In this document: piece after piece, positions 62,877 through 64,000 of the stretch
How positions within the stretch are numbered: position 1 is the stretch's first letter
Layout of the letters: the number at the start of each line of letters is the position of its first letter
Source of the DNA: Lepidodermella squamata
Taxonomy: Eukaryota > Animalia > Gastrotricha
NCBI GenBank assembly: GCA_047495785.1
Contig: JBLDXI010000046.1
Span: 1,674,001-1,738,000 of the forward strand
Length of the DNA stretch: 64,000 nucleotides
Reading direction: 5' to 3'
Notes under the pieces: model-generated
What the model was told of the DNA's origin: nothing
What the model saw: the letters and a program-made list of their open reading frames with translations, nothing else
Databases searched by the model: none
Program-made: the position numbers and the translations under genes

Positions 62877-64000
62877 ATGGAAGATCCGTCTGATGCTATC
62901 GAGTTGAGGTCGAACTCTGCTAGTCCACAAAGCCTGGAACTTTCCCCGGAACTGCAGGACCTCAGTGAAAATGGGCAATCACGCTACTCTAATCCATCAA
63001 TATGTGGCGTGTGCAAAGAAGCTTTCAAAAATCCTCGCCTGTTATCATGTCTTCATATATTTTGCGAGGCTTGCTTGGAGAAGCTGCTGAATAGCTCAGT
63101 TGACAAATGTGAGTAAACTCGCTTATTTTGACAAAGTCATCACTAATTTTTTTCCCCAATTCAGGTAGCATCAACTGCATTGTTTGTGGAGCTCACACTG
63201 ACATGAAAGACAGAGGAGTTCACAACCTCGACTTCGATTACTTGGCTCATCGCTTAACAAATGGAAGTAACCACAATGTGCCTATTTCTAGCACCTGCTG
63301 CAAATCAAAGGAGCCCAGCGTCGGCCATTGCCGCGACTGCATGAATTACTTGTGCCCTAAATGCGTCGATGCGCATGAGTCGATGCGTTGTTTTGAATCA
63401 CACCATGTATGCATTTTTTCGTGATCCCTGGGATTTTTGACCTAAGCATTGTTATTTACCAGGTAACCCGATTCGATCAATCGTCATCTAATTCGGCATT
63501 GAACGGTGAACCAGACGAATCTCCATTGCTTTGTCAACAACACAGCAACCAGTGCCTCAAAAACTATTGCTGTCAATGTCAAGTGGCGTTTTGTAATCAA
63601 TGCGCTGATCACCGTCTACAGGGTCATATGTGCCAACCCTTTAGCCAAATAAGTCTTACGATGCGATCGCAAGTCCAGATTGCTGTTGAGCAAGCCCGCC
63701 TGCGTCTCGAAACTTGCAACGACGCTGAAAATAACCTAAATACAGCTCTTCAACAGCTTCAGGAGCAGCGCGACACAGCACGCAGCCTCATCACTGAAAC
63801 ACTTCACAGCTGCCGATCAGCTTTACAGAAGGTTGCCGATAGTGCCCTAGGTAAGCTCGACGAATGCAAAGCGCTGGAAGAGGATCGTATTCTCGAAGCC
63901 ATGGAAGATGTGAAGCGTGTGGCGAACAGTATTGAAGACTCTTGTGCATATGCCGAGCGAGTTCTAAAGCTCGGTACCGTCAACGAATGTGCCGTTTTAT
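62877..64000 (+). CDS. TRIM protein (RING, two B-boxes, coiled coil), probably TRIM-NHL mei-P26/NHL-2/brat-like; runs off window
   Basis: CGVC...LSCLHIFCEAC...CIVC; CKSKEPSVGHCRDCMNYLCPKCVDAHESMRCFESHHV; CQQH...YCCQC...CNQC...H; coiled coil QRDTARSLITET. Confidence 0.85.

Overview
Eukaryotic, animal (invertebrate-like) nuclear DNA with compact genes and many ~50-nt GT-AG introns. The right part (41.5-64 kb) is a block of conserved genes: ATRIP-like, NDP kinase, POU4/Brn3, Hsp110 with an upstream heat-shock element, ATOX1, a tail-anchored ankyrin protein, proteolipid M6 and a TRIM-NHL-type gene. The left part (1-41 kb) is an accessory region. It holds an EGF-repeat gene, orphan ORFs, a CR1-type LINE whose ORF1 is interrupted by a young gag-only LTR element (identical LTRs, 5-bp TSD), nested non-autonomous DNA transposons, a Penelope 3' fragment carrying a minimal hammerhead ribozyme, an LRAT/PLAAT-like gene, a NEK-like kinase-ankyrin fusion, a fucosyltransferase, a secreted Cys-repeat protein, a C2H2 gene and a foldback element. 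The stand-out is a ~9.3-kb intron-containing gene (31015-40275, minus strand) predicted to encode a ~2950-aa protein. It resembles a bacterial two-partner-secretion/CdiA polymorphic toxin, with filamentous-haemagglutinin-like repeats and a C-terminal class-3 lipase domain with a candidate Ser-Asp-His triad. All calls are from manual reading; no database searches were run.
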